64,000 nucleotides of DNA from Polyangiales bacterium (GCA_038231275.1 JBBRLQ010000033.1:12377-76376); one strand, 5' to 3'; numbered from the stretch's first letter, positions 39,352 through 50,078 are shown. A program made the numbers and translations. The notes: generated by a model not told the origin, from the letters alone.

Positions 39352-40479
39352 TCAACGCGCGCAGCCGATGCCGATGTCCACGACGTCGACGCCTGTGAGG
39401 AGCATCTCTCCTCCCGAGCCGTCGGCGTTCATGATCTTGAGCTCGTGTCCGCTGTTCCTCTTTGCCTTTCCGCCTTCTTTGCGGCCGAGCCACAAAGAGA
39501 CGATTCGTCCGTCGGGGAGCACGCAAGGGGAGTTGTCGTCCGAGAACCGGGGGCGCGTCGCGTCCTCGGGATCCACGTCTACGTTGACGAGCGACGGGAC
39601 CTTCCCTGGCTCCACGCGCCAGACCTGCTCGGCGCCGCCGTTCCACGTCCCCTCGAAGACGATCGCGCCGTCGGGGGAATAAGATGCGTGGTGATTTGCG
39701 CCGGTTTTCCCGCCGACCGCGGTCGCTTCGATGGCCACCCTGAAATCTTTTCCATCGACTCCGACCTCGCATACGGCGGTGCCGAGGCCGGCGCCGGGAT
39801 CGCTTCCGCAGTCGAAGAGGACGCGCTTTCCGTCGGGCGAGAGCGCCGGTTGCTTGTTGTAGCGCGCGTGCGACGCGTCAGTGATGTTGACCGGCGTACC
39901 CCATCCGTAGGAGCCACGAGTGACCGCGAAGAGATCGGAAGGGTGCGTGCCTTCGGCGGGGAAGACGACGACCTCCCCGCGCGAGCCTATCGCGCTCGTC
40001 GCCTCGGGGTGCACGGCCGCGCGGCCGGTGACCATCACCTGCGCGGTGCAGGCGGAGCGATCGACGACCGCGGTGCACATGTCCTGCCCGCAGCCGAAGC
40101 GCGTCGTCTGGACGAGGAGCCACTGGCCGTCGGCCGAGGCGTTGACGAAGCCGTCGACGCCGGGCGCAATCGCGTCGAGCTCGCGCGTCAGATCCTCGGC
40201 GTGCGCGTCGGCGCGGGCCTCGATTCGATAATCATGGCCATCCGGGAGCCGAAAGACGACGTGGCCCGGCGAGGCCGAGACGCTCCCGGACGCGGACGGC
40301 GTCGTCGCCGGAACGACGGCCGCGCACCGCGGGTCCGTGCTCTTCACCCACTGCCCGAGCGCGCTCGTCTGGGTCGGCACCGTGTCGACGAGATCCTCGA
40401 CGCCGCTGTCCACGCGGCATGCGGCGAGGGCGAGCGTGCCCAACGTCAGCGTGCGGAGCGTGAGCCTGCCCGGTTTCAT
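39352..40479 (-). CDS. TolB-like (PD40 beta-propeller) lipoprotein
   Basis: Lipobox LAAC; PALSPDGKRVLF, SYSPDG, LPDGRIV. Confidence 0.75.
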   Translation of the reverse strand: MKPGRLTLRTLTLGTLALAACRVDSGVEDLVDTVPTQTSALGQWVKSTDPRCAAVVPATTPSASGSVSASPGHVVFRLPDGHDYRIEARADAHAEDLTRELDAIAPGVDGFVNASADGQWLLVQTTRFGCGQDMCTAVVDRSACTAQVMVTGRAAVHPEATSAIGSRGEVVVFPAEGTHPSDLFAVTRGSYGWGTPVNITDASHARYNKQPALSPDGKRVLFDCGSDPGAGLGTAVCEVGVDGKDFRVAIEATAVGGKTGANHHASYSPDGAIVFEGTWNGGAEQVWRVEPGKVPSLVNVDVDPEDATRPRFSDDNSPCVLPDGRIVSLWLGRKEGGKAKRNSGHELKIMNADGSGGEMLLTGVDVVDIGIGCAR

Positions 40480-40520
40480 GGGTCGGGCGGTGGTACGTGA
40501 CGGCGCGCCGAAGTCTTCCT

Positions 40521-41051
40521 TCACCCTCTATGGGTGCCACGCGCCGCCGCCGGGTCGGCGTCGAGCTCGACCGTCTCGGGGGCCTGGCGGCGTCCGGCCC
40601 TCCCCTCCTCTACTACGCCCACGCGGACCCGGGAGGCCCCCATCATCTCTGCCATGCGGCGCACGTCGGCGACCTTCTCGTCGATCTTGGCGAGCTCGGT
40701 CTTCGCGACTTGCCGCTTCTTGGAGCCGAGCACCCAGACGAGGAGCATCCCCGGGTGAAGCGTGAGAAATCCGAGGGGCACGAACGGCGCGAGTGTGCCG
40801 GCGAGGAGCGAGATGATCGTGCCGAGCACGAGGGCGGTGGCGACGATGATTCCGCGGACGCGCCAGCGCCGCTTCGAATCGCCCATTCCCTTGGCGGCCT
40901 CGGCGAGGACCGCTGCGCGCCTCGCCTCGAGCTCCACCAGCCAAGGCTCGGCGACGCCGCCGGTGCCATGCGCTTCCCCGAGCCGGCGCTCCAGCTCCTC
41001 GATGCGCGCGTGCGCGGCGGCGAGCTCGTCACGGTAGTTTCCTTCGCTCAT
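40521..41051 (-). CDS. Hypothetical membrane protein
   Basis: Coiled-coil N-terminus (YRDELAAAHARI) and two TM segments. Confidence 0.65.
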   Translation of the reverse strand: MSEGNYRDELAAAHARIEELERRLGEAHGTGGVAEPWLVELEARRAAVLAEAAKGMGDSKRRWRVRGIIVATALVLGTIISLLAGTLAPFVPLGFLTLHPGMLLVWVLGSKKRQVAKTELAKIDEKVADVRRMAEMMGASRVRVGVVEEGRAGRRQAPETVELDADPAAARGTHRG

Positions 41052-41107
41052 CGTCCGCTCACCCTGACGCCATCCTACTACCTACTGGATTCGGGTACCC
41101 TCCGGCG

Positions 41108-41854
41108 GTGAGCGCCGCGCCCGCCATCGAGCTCCGCGACGTCGCGAAGCGGTACGGAGAGCACGTCGCGCTGCATCCGACGAGCTTGACCTTGCCCGCG
41201 GGGGCCCGCCTCGCGCTCCTCGGCGCCAGCGGCTCCGGCAAGTCCACGCTGCTGAAGGTGGTGATGGGGCTCGTGACGCCCGACGCCGGTCGCGTGAACG
41301 TGCTCGGCGAGGAGATGGGGCCGTCGACGTCACGAAGCCTCCGTCACAAGATGGGCTACGTCATCCAGGAGGGCGGGCTCTTTCCGCACCTGACGGCGCG
41401 CCGCAACGTCTCCTTGATGGCGGACTATCTCGGCTGGGAGAAGGCGCGCACGAGCGCGCGCATCGGCGAGCTGCGCGAGCTCGTAGGGCTCTTGGACGAC
41501 GCGCTCGATCGTTTTCCGTCGGAGCTCTCGGGGGGACAGCGGCAGCGCGTCGGCATCATGCGCGCGCTCTTGCTCGATCCGCCGCTGCTGCTCCTCGACG
41601 AGCCGCTCGGCGCGCTCGACGCCGTGGTGCGCCGGCGCCTCCAGAAGGATCTCGTCGCGATCGTCACGCGGCTCGAGAAGGCGGTGCTGGTGGTGACGCA
41701 CGACGCCGGCGAGGCCGCGGTGCTGGCCCACGAGATCGCGGTGATGGACGGCGGGCGCATCGTTCAGCGCGGGCCGATGCGGGCGCTGCGGGACGCTCCG
41801 GCGACGCCGTTCGTGCGCGAGCTGCTCGGCGATCCCGCGGAGGCGATCGCGTGA
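41108..41854 (+). CDS. Osmoprotectant-type ABC ATPase
   Basis: GASGSGKST, GYVIQEGGLFPH, LSGGQRQRVG, DEPLGALD; no CBS domains. Confidence 0.88.
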   Translation: MSAAPAIELRDVAKRYGEHVALHPTSLTLPAGARLALLGASGSGKSTLLKVVMGLVTPDAGRVNVLGEEMGPSTSRSLRHKMGYVIQEGGLFPHLTARRNVSLMADYLGWEKARTSARIGELRELVGLLDDALDRFPSELSGGQRQRVGIMRALLLDPPLLLLDEPLGALDAVVRRRLQKDLVAIVTRLEKAVLVVTHDAGEAAVLAHEIAVMDGGRIVQRGPMRALRDAPATPFVRELLGDPAEAIA

Positions 41855-43350
41855 GACGCGTCGCCGCCCTCCTGCTCCTCTTCGCTGCGCTCGTCGCGTC
41901 CGGCCGCGCCTCGGCCGACGGGGCGCCGCGCGTGGTGGCCGGATCGAAGGCCTTTCCGGAGTCGTGGATCCTCGGCGAGGCGCTGCGGATCCTCGCCGCC
42001 GAGTCGGGCGCCGCCGCCGAGCACGCGAAGAACCTCGGCGGCACCGAGATCGCCGTCGCCGCGCTGCGTACCGGCGCGATCGATATTTATGTAGAATACA
42101 CGGGTACCGTCGACGAGGTGATCCTGCGCGCGCCCGGCGCAGAGGCCGCGCAGCGCAAGGCCGGCCTCGCGGCGCTCGGGATCGGCGTGAGCGAGCGCCT
42201 CGGGTTCGACGACAGCTACGCGCTGGCGATGCGCGCCGACGTCGCGGCACGGAATGGCGTCCACACCATCGGCGATCTGGCGCGGAAGCCCGACCTTCGC
42301 CTCGGCCTGAGCCACGAGTTCTTGGGCCGCGCCGACGGATTCCCGGGCCTCGCCGCGCGCTACGGCCTCGGACAGGGCTCGGTACGCGGCCTCGAGCACG
42401 CGCTGGCCTACGAGGCGATGGCCGGCGGATCGATCGACGTCATGGACGTGTACACGACGGACGCGCAGATCGAGCGGCTCGGCCTCGTGGTCCTCGACGA
42501 CGATCGCGTCTTCTTTCCGCGCTACGACGCCGTGCTCCTCTATCGGTCGGACCTCCCCGCGCGGGCGCCCGCCGCCTTCGCCGCGATGTCGCGCCTCGTC
42601 GGCGCGATCAGCACCAAGGCGATGACGCACGCGAACGCGGCGCTCGTGATCGATCACGCGACCGTCGGCGACGCGGCGGCGCTCCTCTTGCCTGGAGGTG
42701 CCGCGGCACACGCGCGAGCGCCCGCGCCAACGACTGCCGAGGCGATCGCCAAAGATACGATCCGTCACGTCGAGCTCGTCCTCGCGTCGCTCGCCGCGGC
42801 GATCGTCTTCGGCGTGCCGATCGGCGTTATCGCGAGCCGCGCCCGTCGCCTGGGACCGACGCTGATGACGTTGACCGGCCTCTTGCAGACAATCCCGTCG
42901 CTCGCGCTCTTGGCGCTCCTCGTGCCGCTCCTCGGGATCGGCGCGCGTCCGGCGATCGTCGCCCTCTTCTTGTATGGGCTCCTGCCGATCGCACGAAACA
43001 CGTATACGGGGCTCGTGTCGATCTCGCCGGAGCTGGAGCGATCGGCAGAGGCGCTCGGTCTGTCGCCGTGGGCGAAGCTGCTCCGCATCTCACTGCCCCT
43101 GGCCTCGCCCATGCTCCTCGCGGGCGTGAAGACGAGCGCGATCATCAACGTGGGGACGGCCACGATCGCGGCGCTCGTCGGCGCGGACGGCCTCGGCAAC
43201 CCGATCCTCCAGGGGATCAGCCTGCGCGATCCGTCGCTCATCTTTCGCGGCGCGGTGCCGGCGGCGGCGCTGGCGCTCGTCTTCGAGGCGGCATTCGCGG
43301 GTCTGGAGCGCGTCATCGTCCCGCGAGGCTTGCGCGCGGCGACGCGCTGA
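41851..43350 (+). CDS. Glycine betaine/choline-type ABC substrate-binding-permease fusion
   Basis: GSKAFPES, EYTGT, YTTD, FFPRYDA, then QTIPSLALL and an EAA-type loop. Confidence 0.88.
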   Translation: MRRVAALLLLFAALVASGRASADGAPRVVAGSKAFPESWILGEALRILAAESGAAAEHAKNLGGTEIAVAALRTGAIDIYVEYTGTVDEVILRAPGAEAAQRKAGLAALGIGVSERLGFDDSYALAMRADVAARNGVHTIGDLARKPDLRLGLSHEFLGRADGFPGLAARYGLGQGSVRGLEHALAYEAMAGGSIDVMDVYTTDAQIERLGLVVLDDDRVFFPRYDAVLLYRSDLPARAPAAFAAMSRLVGAISTKAMTHANAALVIDHATVGDAAALLLPGGAAAHARAPAPTTAEAIAKDTIRHVELVLASLAAAIVFGVPIGVIASRARRLGPTLMTLTGLLQTIPSLALLALLVPLLGIGARPAIVALFLYGLLPIARNTYTGLVSISPELERSAEALGLSPWAKLLRISLPLASPMLLAGVKTSAIINVGTATIAALVGADGLGNPILQGISLRDPSLIFRGAVPAAALALVFEAAFAGLERVIVPRGLRAATR

Positions 43351-43454
43351 CGTCCTCCGTGCCGCGCGCGCTCGTTCGCACCGCGCGCGGCTCGACTGCG
43401 TAGAACGATGCGCGAAAGGCCGTGGTCGCGTCATGAGGTCGCGGAGTTGGCCGT

Positions 43455-43470
43455 CGGCATGGTCGCTGCA
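43455..43470 (+). promoter_or_regulatory. Possible sigma54 promoter
   Basis: CGGCATGGTCGCTGCA (GG-N10-GC). Confidence 0.4.
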
Positions 43471-43545
43471 TACGCGTGGCTCGCTCATCAACTGGTTGAA
43501 CCACTTAATGAGTATACCCGATCATTGACCGACCAGGAGACTGCC

Positions 43546-44298
43546 ATGTCGACCCTCCCCCGCCTCGGAATCGCCGCGCTCATCGCCGCTCCCCTCCTCT
43601 TGTGCAGCGCCACCGCGTGGAGCCAACAAGTGGGCGCGCCGAACGGAACGTGGACGCCCGCGCCGCCCGCGACGTCGCCCCAAGCGTCCGCCGTCCCCGC
43701 TCCGCTGCCGACGCTGCCTCCGCAGACGACGACTGTGACCCTCATCGCCGAGACGTCCCCCGCACCGCCGCCGCGCCCCACGGCCGCCGCGGTCCCGCCC
43801 GACGCCGACGTGACGTACGAACCGAAGAGCCCCCGCGACAGGCTCGTCGAGCAGCGCTTTTTGAACGGCTTTCGCCTCGGCTACGCCTACGTCGCCAACT
43901 ACGACAAGCCGGTCGAGTCTCTCGGCGGCCAGTCGCTCAAGGACAGGATCGACATGAAGACGCCGCACCACTTCCTCCTGGGCTACGAGGGCGTGGTGCG
44001 GATGGTCGGTCACTCGTGGCTGAACGTGATCCTCGTCGGCAACGTGATGGTGGCCGGCGTGGAGCAGAGCAAGTTCTACCCGACCGGCAACGCGCTCCTC
44101 GGCTTCGAGATCGACAACTCGTTCCAGGTCGGCGTCGGCACTAGCCTCACGCCGCTGCGCGGACAGGAGGCGCACGCGATCGCCGCCGCAGGATGGACGC
44201 CGCGCGTCGGGGGCTTCTACGTCCCGGTCCACGCCTTCGTCATCCCCGACGTCGACGGACTGCACCGCACCGGCGTCACTACCGGCGTGACGTGGTGA
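43546..44298 (+). CDS. Secreted/outer-membrane hypothetical protein
   Basis: AGGAG SD, signal peptide, Pro-rich linker, beta-strand C-terminus ending in W. Confidence 0.7.
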   Translation: MSTLPRLGIAALIAAPLLLCSATAWSQQVGAPNGTWTPAPPATSPQASAVPAPLPTLPPQTTTVTLIAETSPAPPPRPTAAAVPPDADVTYEPKSPRDRLVEQRFLNGFRLGYAYVANYDKPVESLGGQSLKDRIDMKTPHHFLLGYEGVVRMVGHSWLNVILVGNVMVAGVEQSKFYPTGNALLGFEIDNSFQVGVGTSLTPLRGQEAHAIAAAGWTPRVGGFYVPVHAFVIPDVDGLHRTGVTTGVTW

Positions 44299-44337
44299 GG
44301 GCCTCTCTCCTGAATGGCTGCCCCGCGCCGCGCGAAG

Positions 44338-44934
44338 TCAGGCGCGGAGGAGCGCGGCGACGTGGTCGAGGACCCGCGCGTCGGTGATCATGAAGCGGTG
44401 CATCGCGACGCGAAAGCCGCGCACCGAGCGTGCACCGGCGAGGACGGCGCTCTTCGCGGGGAGGATCATGAGATCGAACGGCGTGTAGAGGCAGTGGACC
44501 GCGACGTCGCCGAACGGATCGGGATCGGTCTCGAGGTCCTCGAGGAGGGCGCTCTTCGGACGCATGTCGCGCGCGCCCGGGAACGGGAGTGCATACGCGG
44601 TCGCGGTGCCGTGGTGAGGCCCCGCGATCGACACGAACCGGCGCACGCGCTCCTTGCCGCCGCCGCGCTGGATGTACCAGCGCGACACGAGCGCCCCCAT
44701 GCTGAAGCCCACGACGTCGACCTGCGCCGCCTTCTCGCGCGCGGCGAGGGCGTCGGCTTCGCGGGCGACGAGGCGACCGAGCTCGGCGATCGGCGCTCGC
44801 CCGTCGTTCGGCACCAGATCGATCGCGTGAACGCCGCGAACGCCGCGAAGCGTCAGTCCCGCCGCGAGGGGCGCGAGGCGGGAGGACGAGTCCCAGATGC
44901 CGTGGACCAAGAGGACCGGATGCGGCGCAGTCAC
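44338..44934 (-). CDS. Alpha/beta hydrolase (lipase/esterase)
   Basis: VLLVHG, VVGFSMG nucleophile elbow, GPHHGT, DLMILP. Confidence 0.85.
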   Translation of the reverse strand: MTAPHPVLLVHGIWDSSSRLAPLAAGLTLRGVRGVHAIDLVPNDGRAPIAELGRLVAREADALAAREKAAQVDVVGFSMGALVSRWYIQRGGGKERVRRFVSIAGPHHGTATAYALPFPGARDMRPKSALLEDLETDPDPFGDVAVHCLYTPFDLMILPAKSAVLAGARSVRGFRVAMHRFMITDARVLDHVAALLRA

Positions 44935-45063
44935 GATCCCGATGTAGTCGACTGAACGTCGATGTCCCGCATGGAACGCGCGGAGACGCTGATTTCCGTG
45001 GGGCGTGCATCCCGTGCGCGATATGGATGAGGTCGGGGAACGGCGGACACGGGAGGCTTGGAC

Positions 45064-48000
45064 ATGGCGAGCACGCGTACACGTGTCTACGGGGCTCTGA
45101 TCTGCGGCATGGCCGTCCTGGTCGCCTGCTCCTCGTCGAAGGACGTCGCGGAGAAATCCGACAAGAGCGCCGACGAAGCCGCGCTGCAGACACCGGCGAC
45201 GCCCGCGGGCGCGAAGGCGGTCGTCGCGGCGGCACCTACGGTCCCGAACTTCTTCGCCGGGCCCATCGACGAGTCGTTCTCGCAAATCCAACGGACGCCG
45301 CGCGTCCAGGTCGCGCAGGCCTTCTCGTCGCGCCCGCTCCGTGATTTGCCGGCGATCTTGCCGGACACCCAGGAGGACCACGAGCGCGAGATGGGGATGC
45401 ACCCGCACCTCCTCGAGGGCCTGGTGCCGCGCCCCGATCCGGTGCTCCAGACGAGCGTGCCGATCATGCAGATGCCGGCGACCATCGGCAATTTCGCCGG
45501 CCAGCAAGGCCCCGCGGGGACGGCGGGACAGGTCACGCCGCCGGACACCAACGGCGCGGTCGGCCCCAACCACTTCGTGCAGACCGTCAACTCCGGCATC
45601 GCGATCTATAGCAAGGCCGGCGCGGTGCTTTCCGCGACGCGCGCGATCAACGTCCTCTGGACGGGCTACCCGACCACCAGCGGCAACCGCTGCGCGACCG
45701 AGAACGACGGCGATCCGGTCGTCGTCTACGACCAGGCCGCCGATCGCTGGTTCATCACGCAGTTCGATCTGCACAACTTCATCAACGGCACGGGGAACAC
45801 CAACTACCAGTGCGTCGCCGTGTCGAAGACGCCCGATCCGCTCGGCGCGTACTCGCTCTACGACTTCAGCTACAACGGCATCAACGACTACGGGAAGTTC
45901 AGCGTCTGGCCGGACGCGTACTACGCGACGATCAACCTGTTCAACGGCGCCGGCACTGCCTACGTCGGCGCAGAGATCTGCGCGTACGATCGCGTGTCGA
46001 TGCTCGCGGGCGCGGCGGCGACGCAGCAGTGCTTCATGCAGGGCGCGAACATCTTCGGCCTCTTGCCGGGCAACTTCGACGGCAAGGTCCCGCCCCCGCG
46101 CGGAGAGCCCGGCTTCTTCGCGGCGCTCGGCGTGAACGCGGGCGGCAACCTGAACAACACGCTGGCCTTCTGGAAGTTCCACGTCGACTGGACGGCGCCG
46201 GCGAACAGCACCTTCACCGGCCCCACCCAACTGCCGGTCGCCGCGTTCACGCCCACGTGCCCGGCAACGTCGCGCAACGCCTGCGTCCCCGAGCCCCCGC
46301 CGGGCAACCAAATCTCGGCGCTCTCCGACCGCCTGATGTTCCGGCTCAACTACCGCAACTTCGGTACGTACGAGTCGATCCTCGTGAACCACGCGGTGGA
46401 GGCGAACGGCACGGTGGGCGGCATCCGCTGGTACGAGGTGCGCAGCCCCAACACCGCGCCGGTCATCTTCCAGCAGGGCACCTACGGTCCGAACGACGGG
46501 CTCTGGCGCTTCGCCGGCAGCATCGCGCAGGATCAGGCGCGCGACATGGCGCTCGGCTTCGGCGCATCGAGCGCGAATCAGCGCCCCTCGATCGGGTGGG
46601 CCGGCCGCGTCGCGAGTGACGCGCCGGGGCTGATGGGGCAGGGCGAGACGATCTTCGACATCGGCGGCGGCGTCGAGAGCGGCGGCGGAAACCCTCCGCC
46701 GAACCGCTGGGGCGACTACAGCGCGATGACCGTCGACCCGACCGACGACTGCACCTTCTGGTACACGCAAGAGGACTACCGCATCAACGGCTTCGGCACG
46801 TGGGCCACGCGCGTCGCGTCGACCAAGTTCCCGGGATGCGCGGCGAACGATTTCTCGCGCTCGATCGCGCCGGGGTCGCAGAACGTGGCGCGCGGCGGAA
46901 CCATCCCCTACACCGTGAGCACCGGCGTCGCCGCGGGCATCGCAGAGAGCATCACGCTCAACGTGCAGGACTTGCCGCCTGGCGTGAGCGGCGCGTTCGC
47001 TCCGGTGGCGGTGACCGCAGGAAGCACGTCGACGCTGACGCTCTCGGCTACGGCGGGCGCACCTCTGACTGCGCCGGTCACGTTCACTGTCATCGGCACC
47101 TCGCCCTCCGCGGTCCACTCGGTCACCGCGCAGGTGGGCGTCATCGCCGTCAGCGCGGTCTGCGGCAATGGAGTCCTCGAGGCCGGTGAGTCGTGCGATG
47201 ACGGCGCGGCCAACGGGACGCCGACCGATTGCTGCACGGCCAACTGCACCTTCGTCGGCGCCGGCACCGTTTGCCGCGCAGCCAACGGCGCGTGCGACAT
47301 CGCAGAGACCTGCACCGGCGCCGCGAGCGCGTGCCCCGCCGACACCAAGCAGCCGAACGGCACCACCTGCAACGACGGCAACGCATGCACGCAGGCCGAC
47401 ACGTGCCAGGCCGGCACCTGCACTGGTGGAAACCCCGTCGCGTGCACCGCGTCCGACCAGTGCCACGACATCGGAATCTGCGCGCCCGCCACCGGCGTCT
47501 GCAGCAACCCCGTCAAGGCCAACGGCAGCGCGTGCAGCGACGGAAACTCCTGCACGCAAGCCGACAGCTGTCAGGCGGGCACATGCACCGGAGGAAATCC
47601 GGTGACATGCACCGCCTCCGACCAGTGCCACGACGTCGGAACCTGCGCGCCCGCAACCGGCGTCTGCAGCAACCCCGTCAAGGCCAACGGCACCACGTGC
47701 ACCGACGGAAACTCCTGCACGCAGACCGACACATGCCAGGCGGGCACATGCACCGGAGGAAGTCCCGTCACGTGCACGGCCTCCGATCAGTGCCATGACG
47801 TCGGAACCTGCGCGCCCGCCACGGGCATCTGCAGCAATCCTCCAAAGGCCAACGGCACCACGTGCACCGACGGGAACGGCTGCACGCAGACCGACACTTG
47901 CCAAGCTGGAACGTGCACCGGCGGAAATCCCGTCACGTGCACGGCCTCCGATCAGTGCCACGTCGCCGGGACATGCAATCCGGCCAACGGGACGTGCAGC

Positions 48001-48885
48001 AATCCTCCAAAGGCCAACGGCACCACGTGCACCGACGGGAACGGCTGCACGCAGACCGACACCTGCCAGGCTGGAACGTGCACCGGCGGAAATCCCGTCA
48101 CGTGCACGGCCTCCGATCAGTGCCACGTCGCCGGGACATGCAATCCGGCGAGCGGGACGTGCTCCAATCCGCCGGCAGGAAATGGAACCGTCTGCAACGA
48201 TGGCAACGCGTGCACGACGGGTGACGTGTGCACGGCCGGCACCTGCACGAGCGGGACCCCGAAGACGTGCACTGCGCTCAACGAGTGCCACACCGTCGGC
48301 ACGTGCGACACGCAGAGCGGCAACTGCTCGAACCCGGTGAAGCCGAACGGCACCGCGTGCTCGATCGGTACCTGCCAGGCGGGCACCTGCACCGCAGCCC
48401 CCGACGCCGGCACCGACGCAGGCTCCGGCACCGACGCGGGGACTGACGCCGGCACCGACTCAGGCTCCGGCACCGACGCAGGCGCCGACTCCGGCCCAGG
48501 CACCGACGCAGGCGCCGACTCCGGCCCAGGCACCGACGCCGGCACCGACTCCGGCTCTGGCACCGACTCCGGCTCTGGCACCGACTCCGGCTCTGGCACC
48601 GACTCCGGAACTGGCACCGACTCCGGAGCCGGCACCGACTCCGGCACGCCCGAGACCGACTCCGGAACGCCCGGCTCCGACTCCGGCACGCCCGGCAGGG
48701 ACTCGGGCGCCGGCTCCGACTCCGGCCTCACGCAGCCCGACGGCGGCGGAACGGGCGGCGTCGGAAACGACGGCGGTTGCAGCTGCCGCACCATCGATCG
48801 CAAGCCCGACACGTCCGCCGCGCTGTTCGGCATCGGCGGCCTCGCGCTCGTCGGGATGCTCCGCCGGAAGAAGCGCCGCGACTGA
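45064..48885 (+). CDS. Large surface protein with Cys-rich repeats and MYXO-CTERM
   Basis: LVAC lipobox-like, PPDTNGAVGP...RWGDYS domain, disintegrin-like CDIAETC, 55-aa Cys repeats, DSG/DAG linker, GGCSC-TM-RRKKRR. Confidence 0.85.
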   Translation: MASTRTRVYGALICGMAVLVACSSSKDVAEKSDKSADEAALQTPATPAGAKAVVAAAPTVPNFFAGPIDESFSQIQRTPRVQVAQAFSSRPLRDLPAILPDTQEDHEREMGMHPHLLEGLVPRPDPVLQTSVPIMQMPATIGNFAGQQGPAGTAGQVTPPDTNGAVGPNHFVQTVNSGIAIYSKAGAVLSATRAINVLWTGYPTTSGNRCATENDGDPVVVYDQAADRWFITQFDLHNFINGTGNTNYQCVAVSKTPDPLGAYSLYDFSYNGINDYGKFSVWPDAYYATINLFNGAGTAYVGAEICAYDRVSMLAGAAATQQCFMQGANIFGLLPGNFDGKVPPPRGEPGFFAALGVNAGGNLNNTLAFWKFHVDWTAPANSTFTGPTQLPVAAFTPTCPATSRNACVPEPPPGNQISALSDRLMFRLNYRNFGTYESILVNHAVEANGTVGGIRWYEVRSPNTAPVIFQQGTYGPNDGLWRFAGSIAQDQARDMALGFGASSANQRPSIGWAGRVASDAPGLMGQGETIFDIGGGVESGGGNPPPNRWGDYSAMTVDPTDDCTFWYTQEDYRINGFGTWATRVASTKFPGCAANDFSRSIAPGSQNVARGGTIPYTVSTGVAAGIAESITLNVQDLPPGVSGAFAPVAVTAGSTSTLTLSATAGAPLTAPVTFTVIGTSPSAVHSVTAQVGVIAVSAVCGNGVLEAGESCDDGAANGTPTDCCTANCTFVGAGTVCRAANGACDIAETCTGAASACPADTKQPNGTTCNDGNACTQADTCQAGTCTGGNPVACTASDQCHDIGICAPATGVCSNPVKANGSACSDGNSCTQADSCQAGTCTGGNPVTCTASDQCHDVGTCAPATGVCSNPVKANGTTCTDGNSCTQTDTCQAGTCTGGSPVTCTASDQCHDVGTCAPATGICSNPPKANGTTCTDGNGCTQTDTCQAGTCTGGNPVTCTASDQCHVAGTCNPANGTCSNPPKANGTTCTDGNGCTQTDTCQAGTCTGGNPVTCTASDQCHVAGTCNPASGTCSNPPAGNGTVCNDGNACTTGDVCTAGTCTSGTPKTCTALNECHTVGTCDTQSGNCSNPVKPNGTACSIGTCQAGTCTAAPDAGTDAGSGTDAGTDAGTDSGSGTDAGADSGPGTDAGADSGPGTDAGTDSGSGTDSGSGTDSGSGTDSGTGTDSGAGTDSGTPETDSGTPGSDSGTPGRDSGAGSDSGLTQPDGGGTGGVGNDGGCSCRTIDRKPDTSAALFGIGGLALVGMLRRKKRRD
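47356..48345 (+). repeat. Six tandem 165-bp coding repeats (8 Cys per unit)
   Basis: Units start at 47356, 47521, 47686, 47851, 48016 and 48181. Confidence 0.9.
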
Positions 48886-48888
48886 GCG

Positions 48889-50049
48889 TCAACGAACGGA
48901 CTGGATCACGCGGAGCAAGTGCTCCGCGCTGTCCGACCACGAGCCGGGGCCGCACGCTCGGACCGACTCGGGCGGCCAGTCACGCGCGAGCGCCTCGAGG
49001 AGCCCTCGCGCGAGGGCGGCGGGATCGCGCGCGGGGACGATCAAGCCGCTCCGTGGATCGGAGAGCACGTCTGGGATGCCGCCGACGTCCGAGCCCACCG
49101 ACGGACGGCCCGACGCGAGCGCTTCGAGGACGGCGTTGGGTGTGCCCTCGGCCCAGCTCGGCAACGTGAACACGTCGCACGCGCTCATCCAGCGCGCGAT
49201 GTCGGCGAACGGGACGGAGCCCGGCGCGACGAGGCCGTCCTTCCACTCGGCCTTTCGCGCGTCGACGGCGGGACGCGAGACGCCGTCGCCGATCAGGACG
49301 AGCACCACGTCGCTCCGGACCTCGCGAACGCGTGCCCACGCTTCGAGAAGATCGGTCGTGCCTTTCTGCGGCTCCAGGCGCCCGACGGTGAGCACGATCT
49401 TCTTGTCGACGGGCAGCCCCAGCGCGCGGCGCGCCTCCGCCTTGTCTCGCAACGTGAACGTCTCGGTGTCGACGCCGTTCTCGACGACGTGGATTTTTTC
49501 GCGCGCGACGCCGACCGCAGCGATCTCCTCGGCGAGCGGCCGCGACACGCTCACCATCGCGTCGGTGCGCGGGAGCACCGCGCGAAGGACGGCGCGCGCG
49601 CTCGGCATCTTCGCCACGAGGTTCATGTCGGAGCCGTGGACCTTCACCACGCACGGCTTGCCCAGCGCGTGCGCCGCGAGGATCGCCGCGCAGCCGTCGG
49701 GGTACGCCCACGTCGCGAGGATCACGTCGGCGCGCGCGAGCATCCGCCGGTGCGCCAGCAGCGAGGCGAAGTACAGCGGCACTGCGATCGGAACGCCGAG
49801 CCGCGGCAAATAGAGCTGACGCATGTACGTCGTCTCGATGCCGCTCGTCGTCTCGTGCCGCGGCAGGTTGGCGAGTAGCGCGGGCCGCGGCGGCTTTCCG
49901 ACGATCGCCGCGCCCGGGACGTACGCGACGGCGGCGAGCACCTCGAGGTCGACGTGCTTCTTCAGCATCGCGAACTGCTGCACGTTGTACGGGCCGCGGA
50001 GCGGCTCCAGGCTGTTCGGCCAGATTTGCGTGATCGCGAGGACCCTCAT
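48889..50049 (-). CDS. Glycosyltransferase family 4
   Basis: VGRLEPQKG, PSWAEGTPNAVLEALASG. Confidence 0.9.
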   Translation of the reverse strand: MRVLAITQIWPNSLEPLRGPYNVQQFAMLKKHVDLEVLAAVAYVPGAAIVGKPPRPALLANLPRHETTSGIETTYMRQLYLPRLGVPIAVPLYFASLLAHRRMLARADVILATWAYPDGCAAILAAHALGKPCVVKVHGSDMNLVAKMPSARAVLRAVLPRTDAMVSVSRPLAEEIAAVGVAREKIHVVENGVDTETFTLRDKAEARRALGLPVDKKIVLTVGRLEPQKGTTDLLEAWARVREVRSDVVLVLIGDGVSRPAVDARKAEWKDGLVAPGSVPFADIARWMSACDVFTLPSWAEGTPNAVLEALASGRPSVGSDVGGIPDVLSDPRSGLIVPARDPAALARGLLEALARDWPPESVRACGPGSWSDSAEHLLRVIQSVR

Positions 50050-50078
50050 GGAAGCGCGGATGATATCGTCATCCGCCC

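Noticed and set aside
44338..48291. 1317-aa minus-strand ORF
   Set aside because: Antisense shadow of the large surface protein; only the last ~198 codons (lipase) look real.
47356..48725. CRISPR-like array
   Set aside because: Repeats are contiguous, in-frame coding units without unique spacers, and no cas genes are present.
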